Shown piece after piece: positions 20,907 through 29,856 of a stretch of DNA of 64,000 nucleotides. The DNA is from a virus, in IMG/VR virus record IMGVR_UViG_3300028364_001588. One strand, given 5' to 3'. Made by a program: the position numbers and the translations under genes. Positions within the stretch are counted from its first letter, which is position 1. Each line of letters begins with the position of its first letter. The notes beneath the pieces are model-generated. The model worked only from the letters and a program-made list of their open reading frames with translations. It was not told where the DNA came from and made no database searches.

Positions 20907-20937
20907 CAAATATATGCAAAATTTACAATATTCTAAA
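20907..20937 (-). promoter_or_regulatory. Bacteroidota sigma-A-type promoter (TTTA-N19-TATATTTG)
   Basis: Exact TAnnTTTG -7 box at 20914-20907, upstream of the 20859/cinA pair. Confidence 0.6.
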
Positions 20938-20939
20938 GT

Positions 20940-21911
20940 TTAATTAATCCTAACGTGATTTGAAAGTATTCTCTGAAGGTCTCCTTCTACAGTATATGCA
21001 GATAGTTCATCTGACTCTGGAGATGGGACCAATGGCAACTGAGGCGTGTGTATATGGTTTAGCAAAACCCTAACTATAAGGTCAAGTAATTTTACTAACT
21101 CATCACCAAAAACTGAAGGATGCAATGCATTTGCTGTGTCTCCAAAAGACTTAAGGTCTTCACTGATTTCAAATCCAGAAATCCCCGCATCTCTGAATTT
21201 ACCTAAAATAGAATAGATATTTATATTTGAAGTTGTTAAGTTAGCTTGAGAATATTTTTGAAGCAGTTTTTCTCCATCCTCGTTTTCTTCTGGGTTTTCT
21301 TTTTGAATTAGCTGAAAGTTTGCAGGATTGTCGATATTTACTTCTGTAGTTCCTTTTTTGAATTTACCAGCCACCATAAACACCTCTCTTGGTCTCAATA
21401 TTAAATCAGCATCTGTACGACCTTGTAGGGCTATGTCTCCAATTCTTGGAAATACTTGAGTAGAACCAACGGTTGAGTCTGGGTTCTTATTTAGATTGAA
21501 GTCTGTATATTTGAATACTTGGTTAGCTTCTTTATAGTCTTGAAACTTTAATTTGAATGGGTTGTTTATTTGAGAACCTATGTAATATCTTGGTGCTGAA
21601 TTATCAGCAGGGTTTTCAAGTATAATATAAATCATTTCATCCACAAGTGGAACTATGTGAAAATGAGAAGGTATCATTGGAACACAGAAAGGAAGAGACT
21701 CTGTAGGTGTGTCCCTATCTCTTCCGCCACTTATATTTCCATTATCATCAAGAGAAATTATACGAGCAACAACTCTTTTCATACCCAATGGGTCTTCATT
21801 GTTTGTTACAATAGCTGGGTATACCAACCTTGCCGTTTGATTCCCTGATGAAACCACTCCTCCAGATTGGCCTTGGCCTTGTAAAATTGAGTCTGCTAAC
21901 TTGTTTGACAT
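20940..21911 (-). CDS. Baseplate central spike (gp5/gpV-like OB-fold N-terminus, HxH tip)
   Basis: AIVTNNEDPLGMKRVVARI...P..FHIVPLVDEMIYI...YYIG; C-terminal NHIHT metal-binding motif. Confidence 0.75.
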   Translation of the reverse strand: MSNKLADSILQGQGQSGGVVSSGNQTARLVYPAIVTNNEDPLGMKRVVARIISLDDNGNISGGRDRDTPTESLPFCVPMIPSHFHIVPLVDEMIYIILENPADNSAPRYYIGSQINNPFKLKFQDYKEANQVFKYTDFNLNKNPDSTVGSTQVFPRIGDIALQGRTDADLILRPREVFMVAGKFKKGTTEVNIDNPANFQLIQKENPEENEDGEKLLQKYSQANLTTSNINIYSILGKFRDAGISGFEISEDLKSFGDTANALHPSVFGDELVKLLDLIVRVLLNHIHTPQLPLVPSPESDELSAYTVEGDLQRILSNHVRIN

Positions 21912-21912
21912 A

Positions 21913-22152
21913 TTATCCTTTTATTTTTTTATTTACTTTCTCTTGCTCTAACTCAATCTCTTCATACTCAGCAAAAAGAGTTTCAATAATAGCCATACCA
22001 CTAAGATGCTCTCTTGATACACCTTCTTTTATTGCCTTAGCATCAAGGTCATCAAGAGCTGTTTCAATCACCTTTTTTTTCTCACTGAGTTTATCTGCAA
22101 GATTTTGTGATTCAAGCATTAATTCGTCTCTATTTTTTTTCTTATCTTCCAT
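21913..22152 (-). CDS. Small coiled-coil protein
   Basis: 79 aa, coupled within the operon. Confidence 0.6.
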   Translation of the reverse strand: MEDKKKNRDELMLESQNLADKLSEKKKVIETALDDLDAKAIKEGVSREHLSGMAIIETLFAEYEEIELEQEKVNKKIKG

Positions 22153-22568
22153 TAGCTTGCTATTCCTACGCCAGTATGCGGCACAACTGTTGCCCCAACG
22201 GCAACAACTGGGCCTCCAGCGTTTGCTCCAGAAGCTTGAACTGTTGCTCCAGCATCTGATGCGATGTCTACTCTCATGTCTGTTTGAATTGCTGTTACAA
22301 ATTCTTCTACAAATATTTTTACAAAATTTTCCATAACATTTGGAGTGCCACCGATAAGTGGGCCAGTCGGTATTCCAGCTTCTTCAAACCTGGAAGTTAT
22401 GGATGCTGTTAAAATCTCAGAACTTAATCCAGGTCTTGTCTTAGCAAGAAGTATTTGTTGAATACTTGGTTTTGGTATTGGAATTCTATCCTCTTTTAAT
22501 AAAAAGAGAAGAAAATCCGCCACTTCTTCCGATACTTGTAATTCTGAGTCTATTGGTATTATTGCCAT
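22152..22568 (-). CDS. Hypothetical protein (probably baseplate-associated)
   Basis: 138 aa, Gly/Ala-rich C-terminus, next to the spike gene. Confidence 0.6.
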   Translation of the reverse strand: MAIIPIDSELQVSEEVADFLLFLLKEDRIPIPKPSIQQILLAKTRPGLSSEILTASITSRFEEAGIPTGPLIGGTPNVMENFVKIFVEEFVTAIQTDMRVDIASDAGATVQASGANAGGPVVAVGATVVPHTGVGIAS

Positions 22569-22579
22569 GTTATTATTTT

Positions 22580-23857
22580 TTATGCTTCTATACTTCCGAG
22601 TATTCCAACAAGAGATGATGCTGCGGCTGCATATTTCTGAGCCTTACTCGCCAATTCTGCAGCTTGACCAAGCTTGTTGAATATTTCGAATTTCTGTTTA
22701 ATTTTTTCTGCTTTTCTTTTTTGCTTTTCTATCGCAGTCTTCGCAAAGTAATTAGCAACAAGTTTCTTAAACTCTTTTACAGCAAACACGAGAAGCATTC
22801 TAAGAAGCTCCTTAAGAAGTGCGTTGGCAAGACTTTTTAAGAATGACTGTTGTTCTACTGCTGCTGGTCCGTCAGCTGAATTCATAATTTCACAATTGCT
22901 ATATGCAATGTTTGTGTTATCTATTCCTGCAGCAGCTGGGTCTCCAGATATTGCTGAAAATATTGGACCTAAAAAAGGAAACAACAAAGAAGAGATGTAG
23001 TTAAGAAGCTTTTGAATCAGGATTTGAAAGAAACTTTTTCCTATTGAGTTAGAATTTTCTTCGTTGTTAATTCTTTGTCCAGAATTTTTTACATGCTGAA
23101 CCAATATTCCAAGACTTTGAGATGGCGTTGGAGGCAATGTTGCACTACTTGTAAATTGGCCGCCTTCACCAAAGATATATCCAGGGTCTTCAGGAAGTTT
23201 AATTTTTATTTGCTGACAACTAACTTCAAATACAACTTCTCCTTTCTCAAGTTGTTGCTTTAACTTTACTCTATTGAATTCGACATCTTCTTGAAGTACG
23301 ATTGGGTCACTTGATACACTAAATAGATTTTGACCACAAATAGCGTCCTCAACAAGTCTGTTTATTTCTGTAGCATCTGGGTTAAGCGCATTAGCTGCGT
23401 CTCCCTTTCCAAAAATCATTATAGTAAGATTCTTAGCTATAAGTTGTTTTAAGGCTTGTAAGAACGTAGGAGGTATCAATCCAGCAAGATATGCTCTGTT
23501 TGCAGTTTTATAATCTTCTTTTTGAGCTTGTGTTGCTGATGGATTAATTGTGTTTGGCAACTGCCTTCCTTTTTCTCCAATAGAATCCGCTACTGCATTA
23601 AGAACTTTTTCTTCTAAGAACGTTCCAGCTTCATCAAATACTTTATCTAAAAAAACATTAAAGATTAAATCTGGGTCAATACCAAGAGCTTTTAACACTT
23701 TCATTAGATAGTCAAATACTGATATTTGTTTATCTTTTGGGATGTTAAAATTTATGTCTATATCCGAAGATAATAAACTCTTCATTGAGCCTATTTTTGA
23801 TGTTAGCTCATTTTGTGCCTCTGTAAGAGGGGATGATATTGGAACCTGTAAAGCCAT
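22580..23857 (-). CDS. Hypothetical helical protein (probably virion)
   Basis: 425-aa ORF in a late operon. Confidence 0.6.
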   Translation of the reverse strand: MALQVPISSPLTEAQNELTSKIGSMKSLLSSDIDINFNIPKDKQISVFDYLMKVLKALGIDPDLIFNVFLDKVFDEAGTFLEEKVLNAVADSIGEKGRQLPNTINPSATQAQKEDYKTANRAYLAGLIPPTFLQALKQLIAKNLTIMIFGKGDAANALNPDATEINRLVEDAICGQNLFSVSSDPIVLQEDVEFNRVKLKQQLEKGEVVFEVSCQQIKIKLPEDPGYIFGEGGQFTSSATLPPTPSQSLGILVQHVKNSGQRINNEENSNSIGKSFFQILIQKLLNYISSLLFPFLGPIFSAISGDPAAAGIDNTNIAYSNCEIMNSADGPAAVEQQSFLKSLANALLKELLRMLLVFAVKEFKKLVANYFAKTAIEKQKRKAEKIKQKFEIFNKLGQAAELASKAQKYAAAASSLVGILGSIEA

Positions 23858-24297
23858 TAGTCGTAATCTTCGTCTGCGCCTTTGTTATCGCTTAAGTTTT
23901 CGTCCTTAAGCCTCTTAGCTTCTGCTGCCGCTTCTCTTTTAGCTTTTTCTTCAGCCCTCATTGCGTCAATGATTAACTTTTTGTCTGAATCATTAAAAGA
24001 AGCTGCTCCTCCAGATGCTTCGTCTTCTTTATAGACTATGCCCTTGATTTCTTTGGCCAGTTTTTCAATTCCATCAGACGAGTCAGCTGCTTGCTTTAAA
24101 AAAGCAATCGCATTCTTTCCCATAAGAATAAAGCTTTCTGCTGTATCCATTTGCTCGTCAGACCTTCTATATCTATCCAGAGCCATTTCTCTTTCCTCCA
24201 ACTTATACTTATAAACCTCTGACATAAGAGATTCGTATAGTTCTCTTGTTGGGTTCATGCTTTTTTTAGTAGAGTCGTCATTTGTGTTATCTTCCAT
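23857..24297 (-). CDS. Hypothetical protein
   Basis: 146 aa; TATTTATA at 24320-24327. Confidence 0.6.
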   Translation of the reverse strand: MEDNTNDDSTKKSMNPTRELYESLMSEVYKYKLEEREMALDRYRRSDEQMDTAESFILMGKNAIAFLKQAADSSDGIEKLAKEIKGIVYKEDEASGGAASFNDSDKKLIIDAMRAEEKAKREAAAEAKRLKDENLSDNKGADEDYD

Positions 24298-24332
24298 GAT
24301 AATTGTTTGTTTGTTTAATTATAAATAGAAAG

Positions 24333-24710
24333 TCAAAAAAAATCTATGAAAAATCGAGTAAGAAGTCTTTTTTTTATAGAAATATACATGTCTCTAAATT
24401 TAGAAATAGATACTTGAAATTCTCCGTCTGACAATCCACCATAGTCTTTAAGATAATCAGAAACCCCTTTGTATGTCCAAACGACAGAGCCTTCAATCAA
24501 ATCAAAACTTGACATAAACTCTATTATAGAAAAACAAAGAGAGATGTCTGCATCCTGTTTTGCAGGAATCTCAAACACCTCTCTTTCTAATGTGTCTAAT
24601 AAAAAATGATAAAATTGAATACAATTGTTATCATTAACGCCTATGCTGTCATCATGAAAAAGAACTTCGAGTATTATAAACAACACTTCTTTTTTGATGT
24701 CTGTTTCCAT
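24333..24710 (-). CDS. Hypothetical protein
   Basis: 125 aa, downstream of the sigma-like gene. Confidence 0.55.
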   Translation of the reverse strand: METDIKKEVLFIILEVLFHDDSIGVNDNNCIQFYHFLLDTLEREVFEIPAKQDADISLCFSIIEFMSSFDLIEGSVVWTYKGVSDYLKDYGGLSDGEFQVSISKFRDMYISIKKRLLTRFFIDFF

Positions 24711-24715
24711 GATTT

Positions 24716-25633
24716 CTATTCTGAAAAAAAGAACATGTCATCATCGTGACCAAAATACTTATCCTTGTGCTTTTTAACAAACTCCTGCTTTTTAAGTCTA
24801 TAAAGAATTTTGAATCTGTGGAGAGAATATGTAATATCCTTTGTCTCAAGATTAGTATGTTCTTTTATTAGTTTATAAATAGCACTCTTTGAGTATACGC
24901 CCATTAATTCATGACTTCTAAATATGTCCACAATAGCCTCAGCTACTTTAGCGTCATTTTTAGATATGTCAGTCTTATCTATTACTTCTTCAAAGATTTC
25001 TGTAATATAGTTAAACAGAGCCATAGAGCTATCTAATTCGGATTCTTCATCAATTTCAAATTGACTCAACTCTTCCACTTCCTCACTATGGCTTTCATAG
25101 TCAAGAATAGATTTAGTCTCTTTATCCACTTCCTTCTTTTTGTTTTGAAGGTAGTGTTTGGCTACGGTTCCATAAAAAGAAAAAGATTTAGTATTCTGGT
25201 CTGGGTCAAAGTTGCAAAACTTCTCCAAAACGAAAGACATGCAATCGTTATGAAGAGTTTTAACATCAACTCCAGCTCTAAATAATTTAAAGCTGAAAAT
25301 TATATTTTCGACCAACCTCGTTAGTGGCGTATAGATGCTGTCTCTGAAAACCTTTTCTTTCAAAGCAATGATTTCACGTCTACTTGTGTGTTCAACCATT
25401 GATTCGTTGATTAAGATAAAGTCTTCATCAATACTTAGCTCTTTTTTCTTTCCTTTACTTTTCTCAACCTCTTCTTTGTGTTTATCAATTTTGTATTGAT
25501 AATAGTTAAAGTCGTTTTTCAAGTACTCCTTGACTGCATCTTCAGTCTCTTTAGTCCAATATTCCTTCTTTCTCTTTTTAGCTACCTTTATAGTCTTTAG
25601 AGTGTCTTTATACTTTTTCTGGTTGCTGTCCAT
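24716..25633 (-). CDS. Phage sigma factor, T4 gp55-like (late transcription)
   Basis: YWTKETEDAV...LVENII...DCMSFVLEKFCNFDPDQNTKSFSFYGTVAKHYL resembles sigma region 2 of gp55. Start reassigned to ATG 25633 (MDSNQ). Confidence 0.7.
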   Translation of the reverse strand: MDSNQKKYKDTLKTIKVAKKRKKEYWTKETEDAVKEYLKNDFNYYQYKIDKHKEEVEKSKGKKKELSIDEDFILINESMVEHTSRREIIALKEKVFRDSIYTPLTRLVENIIFSFKLFRAGVDVKTLHNDCMSFVLEKFCNFDPDQNTKSFSFYGTVAKHYLQNKKKEVDKETKSILDYESHSEEVEELSQFEIDEESELDSSMALFNYITEIFEEVIDKTDISKNDAKVAEAIVDIFRSHELMGVYSKSAIYKLIKEHTNLETKDITYSLHRFKILYRLKKQEFVKKHKDKYFGHDDDMFFFSE

Positions 25634-26561
25634 ATGACTTGTTTCTATCTTCGTCAAAGAAGTATTCTTTTTTGGCAAGGTCCATCCAGAACCCCATTTC
25701 TGCTGGAGAAACGCCTCCTTTGTCTGGTTCAATTGTTGTAACGTTTCCTGGAATTTTAGAAGATGAATGATTAAACTCTTGAGAATTTCTCACTCTAAAT
25801 TCGTAACCAATTCTTGGAACCGTCATCATTTTTACATCATTATAAATCATTCTTAAAAAGAACTCATAATAGTGACTTACTTTAACACTTTCCTTCATTG
25901 GTAAAAATCTACCATCTTTCTCTTCGCTGTATTCTTCAAGCTCACTTACTCTATAAAGGCCTCCAAGTGGATTAGCACAGTTATATCTTAAAAGTAGGTT
26001 CATATCAAACTTACCTGCTTCTTCAGCAATACCTTCTGCCCAACACGCTTCATTCATTAATCCTGAAAGAGCTCCGTTTTGCCAGTTTTTAACCATTGGC
26101 AAGAAAAAACCTATTTCTTCGTTTTCATTCATAAAAGCATTGGCAATATTATACCAATTTGCTCCTACTGCGTCTCCAGACTCTATAATAGAGAATGCTT
26201 CATAGTCGTTTTCAAGAGCTAAGTTGAATATGTCATTAAACACTTTTGGAAAGCTACTTACAGATGCTTTTACAACACTTAAGTTTACGCTTTTCTCAGC
26301 TTTTATTACTTCTTCTACAGGCTCTTCTCCTTCTTGGTGTGTTTTCACCATTCTTACTTCAGCTTCTTTTGCTGTTTTAGCAAGAATTTCTACTTCTTTA
26401 TCAGACAATCCAGCATCCAACACAACAACATCAACTGCGTGAGTTTGCGAAGCCAGTCCGAAAAACAATTCGTTTAACTGACCTTCGTGGTTGATTTTGT
26501 CCAAGTATAACCCTACAAGTATATTACTGCTTGAGGCTTTCAAGTTCTTTGATTCTTTCAT
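25608..26561 (-). CDS. GT-A (GT2-like) glycosyltransferase, divergent
   Basis: LASQT..VDVVVLD; YEFFLRMIYNDVKMMTVPRIGY; the DxD is atypical (ESGD). Confidence 0.55.
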   Translation of the reverse strand: MKESKNLKASSSNILVGLYLDKINHEGQLNELFFGLASQTHAVDVVVLDAGLSDKEVEILAKTAKEAEVRMVKTHQEGEEPVEEVIKAEKSVNLSVVKASVSSFPKVFNDIFNLALENDYEAFSIIESGDAVGANWYNIANAFMNENEEIGFFLPMVKNWQNGALSGLMNEACWAEGIAEEAGKFDMNLLLRYNCANPLGGLYRVSELEEYSEEKDGRFLPMKESVKVSHYYEFFLRMIYNDVKMMTVPRIGYEFRVRNSQEFNHSSSKIPGNVTTIEPDKGGVSPAEMGFWMDLAKKEYFFDEDRNKSYGQQPEKV

Positions 26562-27723
26562 CTTTGTACTGATTTAATAAATTATTAATATTTTCTTTCT
26601 CTCCCTCCGTAGTGTATTTACTAAGAGTGTCTTCGTATGTTTTTTGGATGTCTTCATTATCCATATCACCATTCAACCATTTGTCGATAGCAATTCCAAG
26701 AATTTCTGCAGTTTGAAAAATGTCACCATTGTTACACCAGAAACCGTTTTCGTTATTCATATACTCTTTACCACCGAATGAAGCCCAACCAATAGTATGA
26801 GTTCCACAAGCCATTGCTTCAAGTGGTGCTGTACCAAATCCTGCAATGTCATCTGTATACAAGTAGAATGCACAATTTCCTAATCTCTCAGCAAATTGCT
26901 CTCTATCCATACCTTCGAGTTCTTGGAATCTTACCCACTTAAGGTGAGGATAGAATGCGTAGAACGTCTTGATGATGTTATAAGTCTTAAGTTTGTTTTC
27001 TGGACCTCTTGATGCAGAGAATGCTACCATTGGTAATTTGTCCGACATTTTTTCAGGAACTTTAAAGTATTCTCTATTGATTCCTTGTTTAAAATCTTTA
27101 ATGTTAAGACCTGGCATAACTGATACTAAGTATTCAGAAATTGCGTCTGATGCTGAAATTACATCTGTAATCCCAAAGTGTTGCCACTTTTCTCCTGGCT
27201 GCATTGCATTTAATACATAAAACCAGCTTTGTGCAAATATAATTCTCTTACAAGAAACTTGCATTGTTTTCTTCATTACATCTGGAAAACCTTCAGGAAT
27301 GATTAAGAAATCTTCTGGACTTACATTAAGAGGAATACAATCTTGTTCAGTTCCATCTGAAAATTTAATTTTTTTATCTCCAAGAGGACTAATTGAAATA
27401 TTTGAGATGTCAAAATCAACCCACTTAGGATTGAACTTCTCAAAAATATCTGTTTGTTTCTTAGCTTTTGCAGAAGCTTCATAAGAAGCTCTTTGGTCTT
27501 GTCTTGGTTCATAAACAATCTCTACATCAAATCCATCATCTGATAAATTTTTAGCTGCTTTTAAAATTACCCCAATCCCACCACTTGGCGAATTCATTGG
27601 TGGACAATAAAAGTAAGTCTTAAATTTGTTTTCTCTAAGATTACTAATCGCATTGTCGATTACCTCATTTTGAGTTGGCTGTCTTTCTTGTTGTACTTCT
27701 TGTACTTCAGTGTTGTTTTCCAT
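26524..27723 (-). CDS. GT-B (GT4-like) glycosyltransferase
   Basis: PSGGIGVI, IIPEGF, GFGTAPLEAMACG. Confidence 0.8.
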   Translation of the reverse strand: MENNTEVQEVQQERQPTQNEVIDNAISNLRENKFKTYFYCPPMNSPSGGIGVILKAAKNLSDDGFDVEIVYEPRQDQRASYEASAKAKKQTDIFEKFNPKWVDFDISNISISPLGDKKIKFSDGTEQDCIPLNVSPEDFLIIPEGFPDVMKKTMQVSCKRIIFAQSWFYVLNAMQPGEKWQHFGITDVISASDAISEYLVSVMPGLNIKDFKQGINREYFKVPEKMSDKLPMVAFSASRGPENKLKTYNIIKTFYAFYPHLKWVRFQELEGMDREQFAERLGNCAFYLYTDDIAGFGTAPLEAMACGTHTIGWASFGGKEYMNNENGFWCNNGDIFQTAEILGIAIDKWLNGDMDNEDIQKTYEDTLSKYTTEGEKENINNLLNQYKDERIKELESLKQ

Positions 27724-27810
27724 GAAATTATATTTATTTCGATTAATTAAAGTTCTAACGTGTATTCGAAATAAATATAGAAAGCATAAATAGTAAAATA
27801 AATAGTTTTT

Positions 27811-27846
27811 AAAAAAAAGACCAAGAAATTAATCTTGGTCTTTTTT
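27811..27846. terminator. Bidirectional intrinsic terminator
   Basis: A8-GACCAAGA-N6-TCTTGGTC-T6. Confidence 0.85.
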
Positions 27847-27856
27847 AAATTTGTAA

Positions 27857-28050
27857 TTGCAGCGACTAAAGAGAGTCTAACAGCAGGCCAGACTTGTAAG
27901 CTTGTCCAGAATCAAATCCTGCCTTTTCAGCTTGTTCAGATTATCATCCTGCTTCTAAATTCCACGAGTCTTCCTGGGTCTTGTATTATGGTTTACGCAA
28001 GGTTACTGGTTTGCTCTCACTAATGTTAACCTTTTTTCGTGTCGCTACAA
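27857..28050 (-). ncRNA. Candidate structured ncRNA (~195 nt), family not recognised
   Basis: Ends pair (UUGUAGCGAC/GUCGCUGCAA). Nested stems GAGAG/CUCUC, CAGUA/UGCUG, CCA..GACU/AGUC-UGG and two tandem GCAGGAU..UCUG.ACAAGCU hairpins. More GC-rich than other intergenic DNA; followed by a terminator. Confidence 0.6.
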
Positions 28051-28056
28051 AACAAA

Positions 28057-28899
28057 TTATGCTTTATTTTCAGTATCTTCCTTAAGATTTGAATCATCTT
28101 CACCAACAGTGTCTCCATCAACTACTGCAGAAAAGAAAGTGTTATTATCCATTGCCATATTTTCAAGCGTAACATCTCCAAGAGAAGCTGACACTGAATA
28201 TGAAACATTGCTCATTTGAGCTCTTGACACAATACCTCTTGACAAAGTATCATAAGCTACAGAAGCACCTCCAGCTGTTGACGCATAGTTCATAGCGTTT
28301 CCAGAAGAAATACCAAATCTACTTGCAGCTAAAACAGCATCTTGATTTGCTCCCATGTAACTAAATGTCCAAGCTCCAGTTTTTTCAAGTTCACTAACAA
28401 TTTTTTTAATGGAGTCAGAACTATGCTCTCTCGAAGCGTTTTCGTCACCATCAGTCATAACAACAACAAGCGCTGTTGAAAGATTTTCGCTTTCTTTGTT
28501 TTTCTTATCCAATTGAACTCTAAGGTTTGAGATACCAACTCCCATTGCATCATGCAAGGCTGTACCACCTCTTGGAGGGAACTCTGTACCATCAAAGTTT
28601 TTAACACTTGAAATAGGTTCGTTTTCCAACACTGTGTCAATTTCTGTATCAAACACAACAAGAGATACAAAATATCTTTGTTCAGGATATTTCTCCTCAA
28701 GGTGTCTAATTGTTCCAAGCTGTTCATTTAATCCGCTAATTGTCGAATTCCAGCAAGAGCTCATAGAACCACTTCTATCTAACACTAATAAATAGTGTGT
28801 GTCTAAATTTTTGTCTACCGTTGTGGTAGTAGTTGTAACTACAGTTGTAGTCGTTTTTGTAACAGTCTTCTTTTTTGAATCTTTTTTGTTTTTTGCCAT
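28057..28899 (-). CDS. Stand-alone vWA (MIDAS) domain protein
   Basis: LVLDRSGSM, GGTALHDA, VMTDGDENASRE, YMGANQDA. Confidence 0.9.
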   Translation of the reverse strand: MAKNKKDSKKKTVTKTTTTVVTTTTTTVDKNLDTHYLLVLDRSGSMSSCWNSTISGLNEQLGTIRHLEEKYPEQRYFVSLVVFDTEIDTVLENEPISSVKNFDGTEFPPRGGTALHDAMGVGISNLRVQLDKKNKESENLSTALVVVMTDGDENASREHSSDSIKKIVSELEKTGAWTFSYMGANQDAVLAASRFGISSGNAMNYASTAGGASVAYDTLSRGIVSRAQMSNVSYSVSASLGDVTLENMAMDNNTFFSAVVDGDTVGEDDSNLKEDTENKA

Positions 28900-28983
28900 T
28901 GTGTAATTTTTTAATAAGTAATTCTAAATACTATTTAAAAAAAATTATGGACATAACAAAGTGTTTTTGAAAATTGAGGTAAA

Positions 28984-29703
28984 TTATTTTTTCTCCTTAT
29001 CTCCAACAAACAAATCCTCTATAAAAGAAGGGTTAACATCTCTAATAGATTTGAAGCTATGTTCAACTTCATCGTACTGATTAAATGGGTGCTCTATTTT
29101 TATAATAGTTTTTCCTTTTGGTACATTTTGAATAACTTCAGGAACACAATCAATTATAATATCACAATAATCCCATTTTTCATAATCCTCTTGAATGAAT
29201 GCTATGTTTCTAACTCTACACGCATTCTTTGCAAGGAAGTGAAATGTAGCTGGAATCGCTTTACTATCTGTATTAGATATAAGAATTGTTTTATAAAGAT
29301 TATTTTGAAGCCCGTAAGCCTGAATTCTGTTTAGCGCATCTGAAGCTCCTTCATACTCATCAGCGTCTCCATATATCTTGAAGGGCTTGATGTTGTTCAT
29401 GAAGTTTAAAAGAGCCTCTTCTGGTGATAATACAGTTTCTCCATCAAGAGCAATTTCCTCTCCGAACTTGTAGTGGTTGTTCAAGTTGTATGTATTAACT
29501 GGAAGAGATATAAGCTCTTTCTCTTGAAGGTTTATTCTTTTTTCAAGATTTTCCAACTCTTCTTCAGTGTTCTCCTTTACAGTCATATCTTTGTTCATCT
29601 CTACAAGAGATGGATTGTGGATATATTTACTTCTGTATTGTTTATCAAACGCACTATGAAGGTCTCTCAATACTCCGTCAATGCTAATTCCTAATGTTTT
29701 CAT
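28984..29703 (-). CDS. HAD-superfamily 5'(3')-deoxyribonucleotidase-like protein with degenerate motif I
   Basis: GISIDGVLRD (DxD changed to SxD); KWDYCDIIIDCVP...HPFN. Confidence 0.65.
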   Translation of the reverse strand: MKTLGISIDGVLRDLHSAFDKQYRSKYIHNPSLVEMNKDMTVKENTEEELENLEKRINLQEKELISLPVNTYNLNNHYKFGEEIALDGETVLSPEEALLNFMNNIKPFKIYGDADEYEGASDALNRIQAYGLQNNLYKTILISNTDSKAIPATFHFLAKNACRVRNIAFIQEDYEKWDYCDIIIDCVPEVIQNVPKGKTIIKIEHPFNQYDEVEHSFKSIRDVNPSFIEDLFVGDKEKK

Positions 29704-29749
29704 TTTCTAAATTTATAATGTCCTGGTAAATAGTTGTAGAAATTTAAAC

Positions 29750-29779
29750 AAAAAAAAGAGGAATATCAAATTCCTCTTT
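29750..29779 (-). terminator. Intrinsic terminator following the stranded 3' remnant
   Basis: AAAGAGGAAT-TTG-AT-ATTCCTC followed by T8. Confidence 0.75.
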
Positions 29780-29783
29780 CATC

Positions 29784-29822
29784 TTATTCAAATGTTGTAT
29801 ATCCTCCACGTATGAAGTGTAT
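29784..29822 (-). pseudogene. Stranded 3' remnant (IHFIRGGYTTFE*) of the A1-like gene
   Basis: Matches the current C-terminus IHFIRGCFTTLD* on the far side of the endonuclease. Confidence 0.9.
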
Positions 29823-29856
29823 TTATATAAATAAAATTTTTACCTATTTATAAATT

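Noticed and set aside
27900-27953. Mini-CRISPR array or cobalamin riboswitch
   Set aside because: Only two imperfect units with a ~4-nt gap and no spacers; the B12-box and other core cobalamin motifs are absent.
27835-28023. 62-aa plus-strand ORF
   Set aside because: Starts at a TTG within a terminator and has no recognisable features; the region is better explained as a minus-strand structured RNA.
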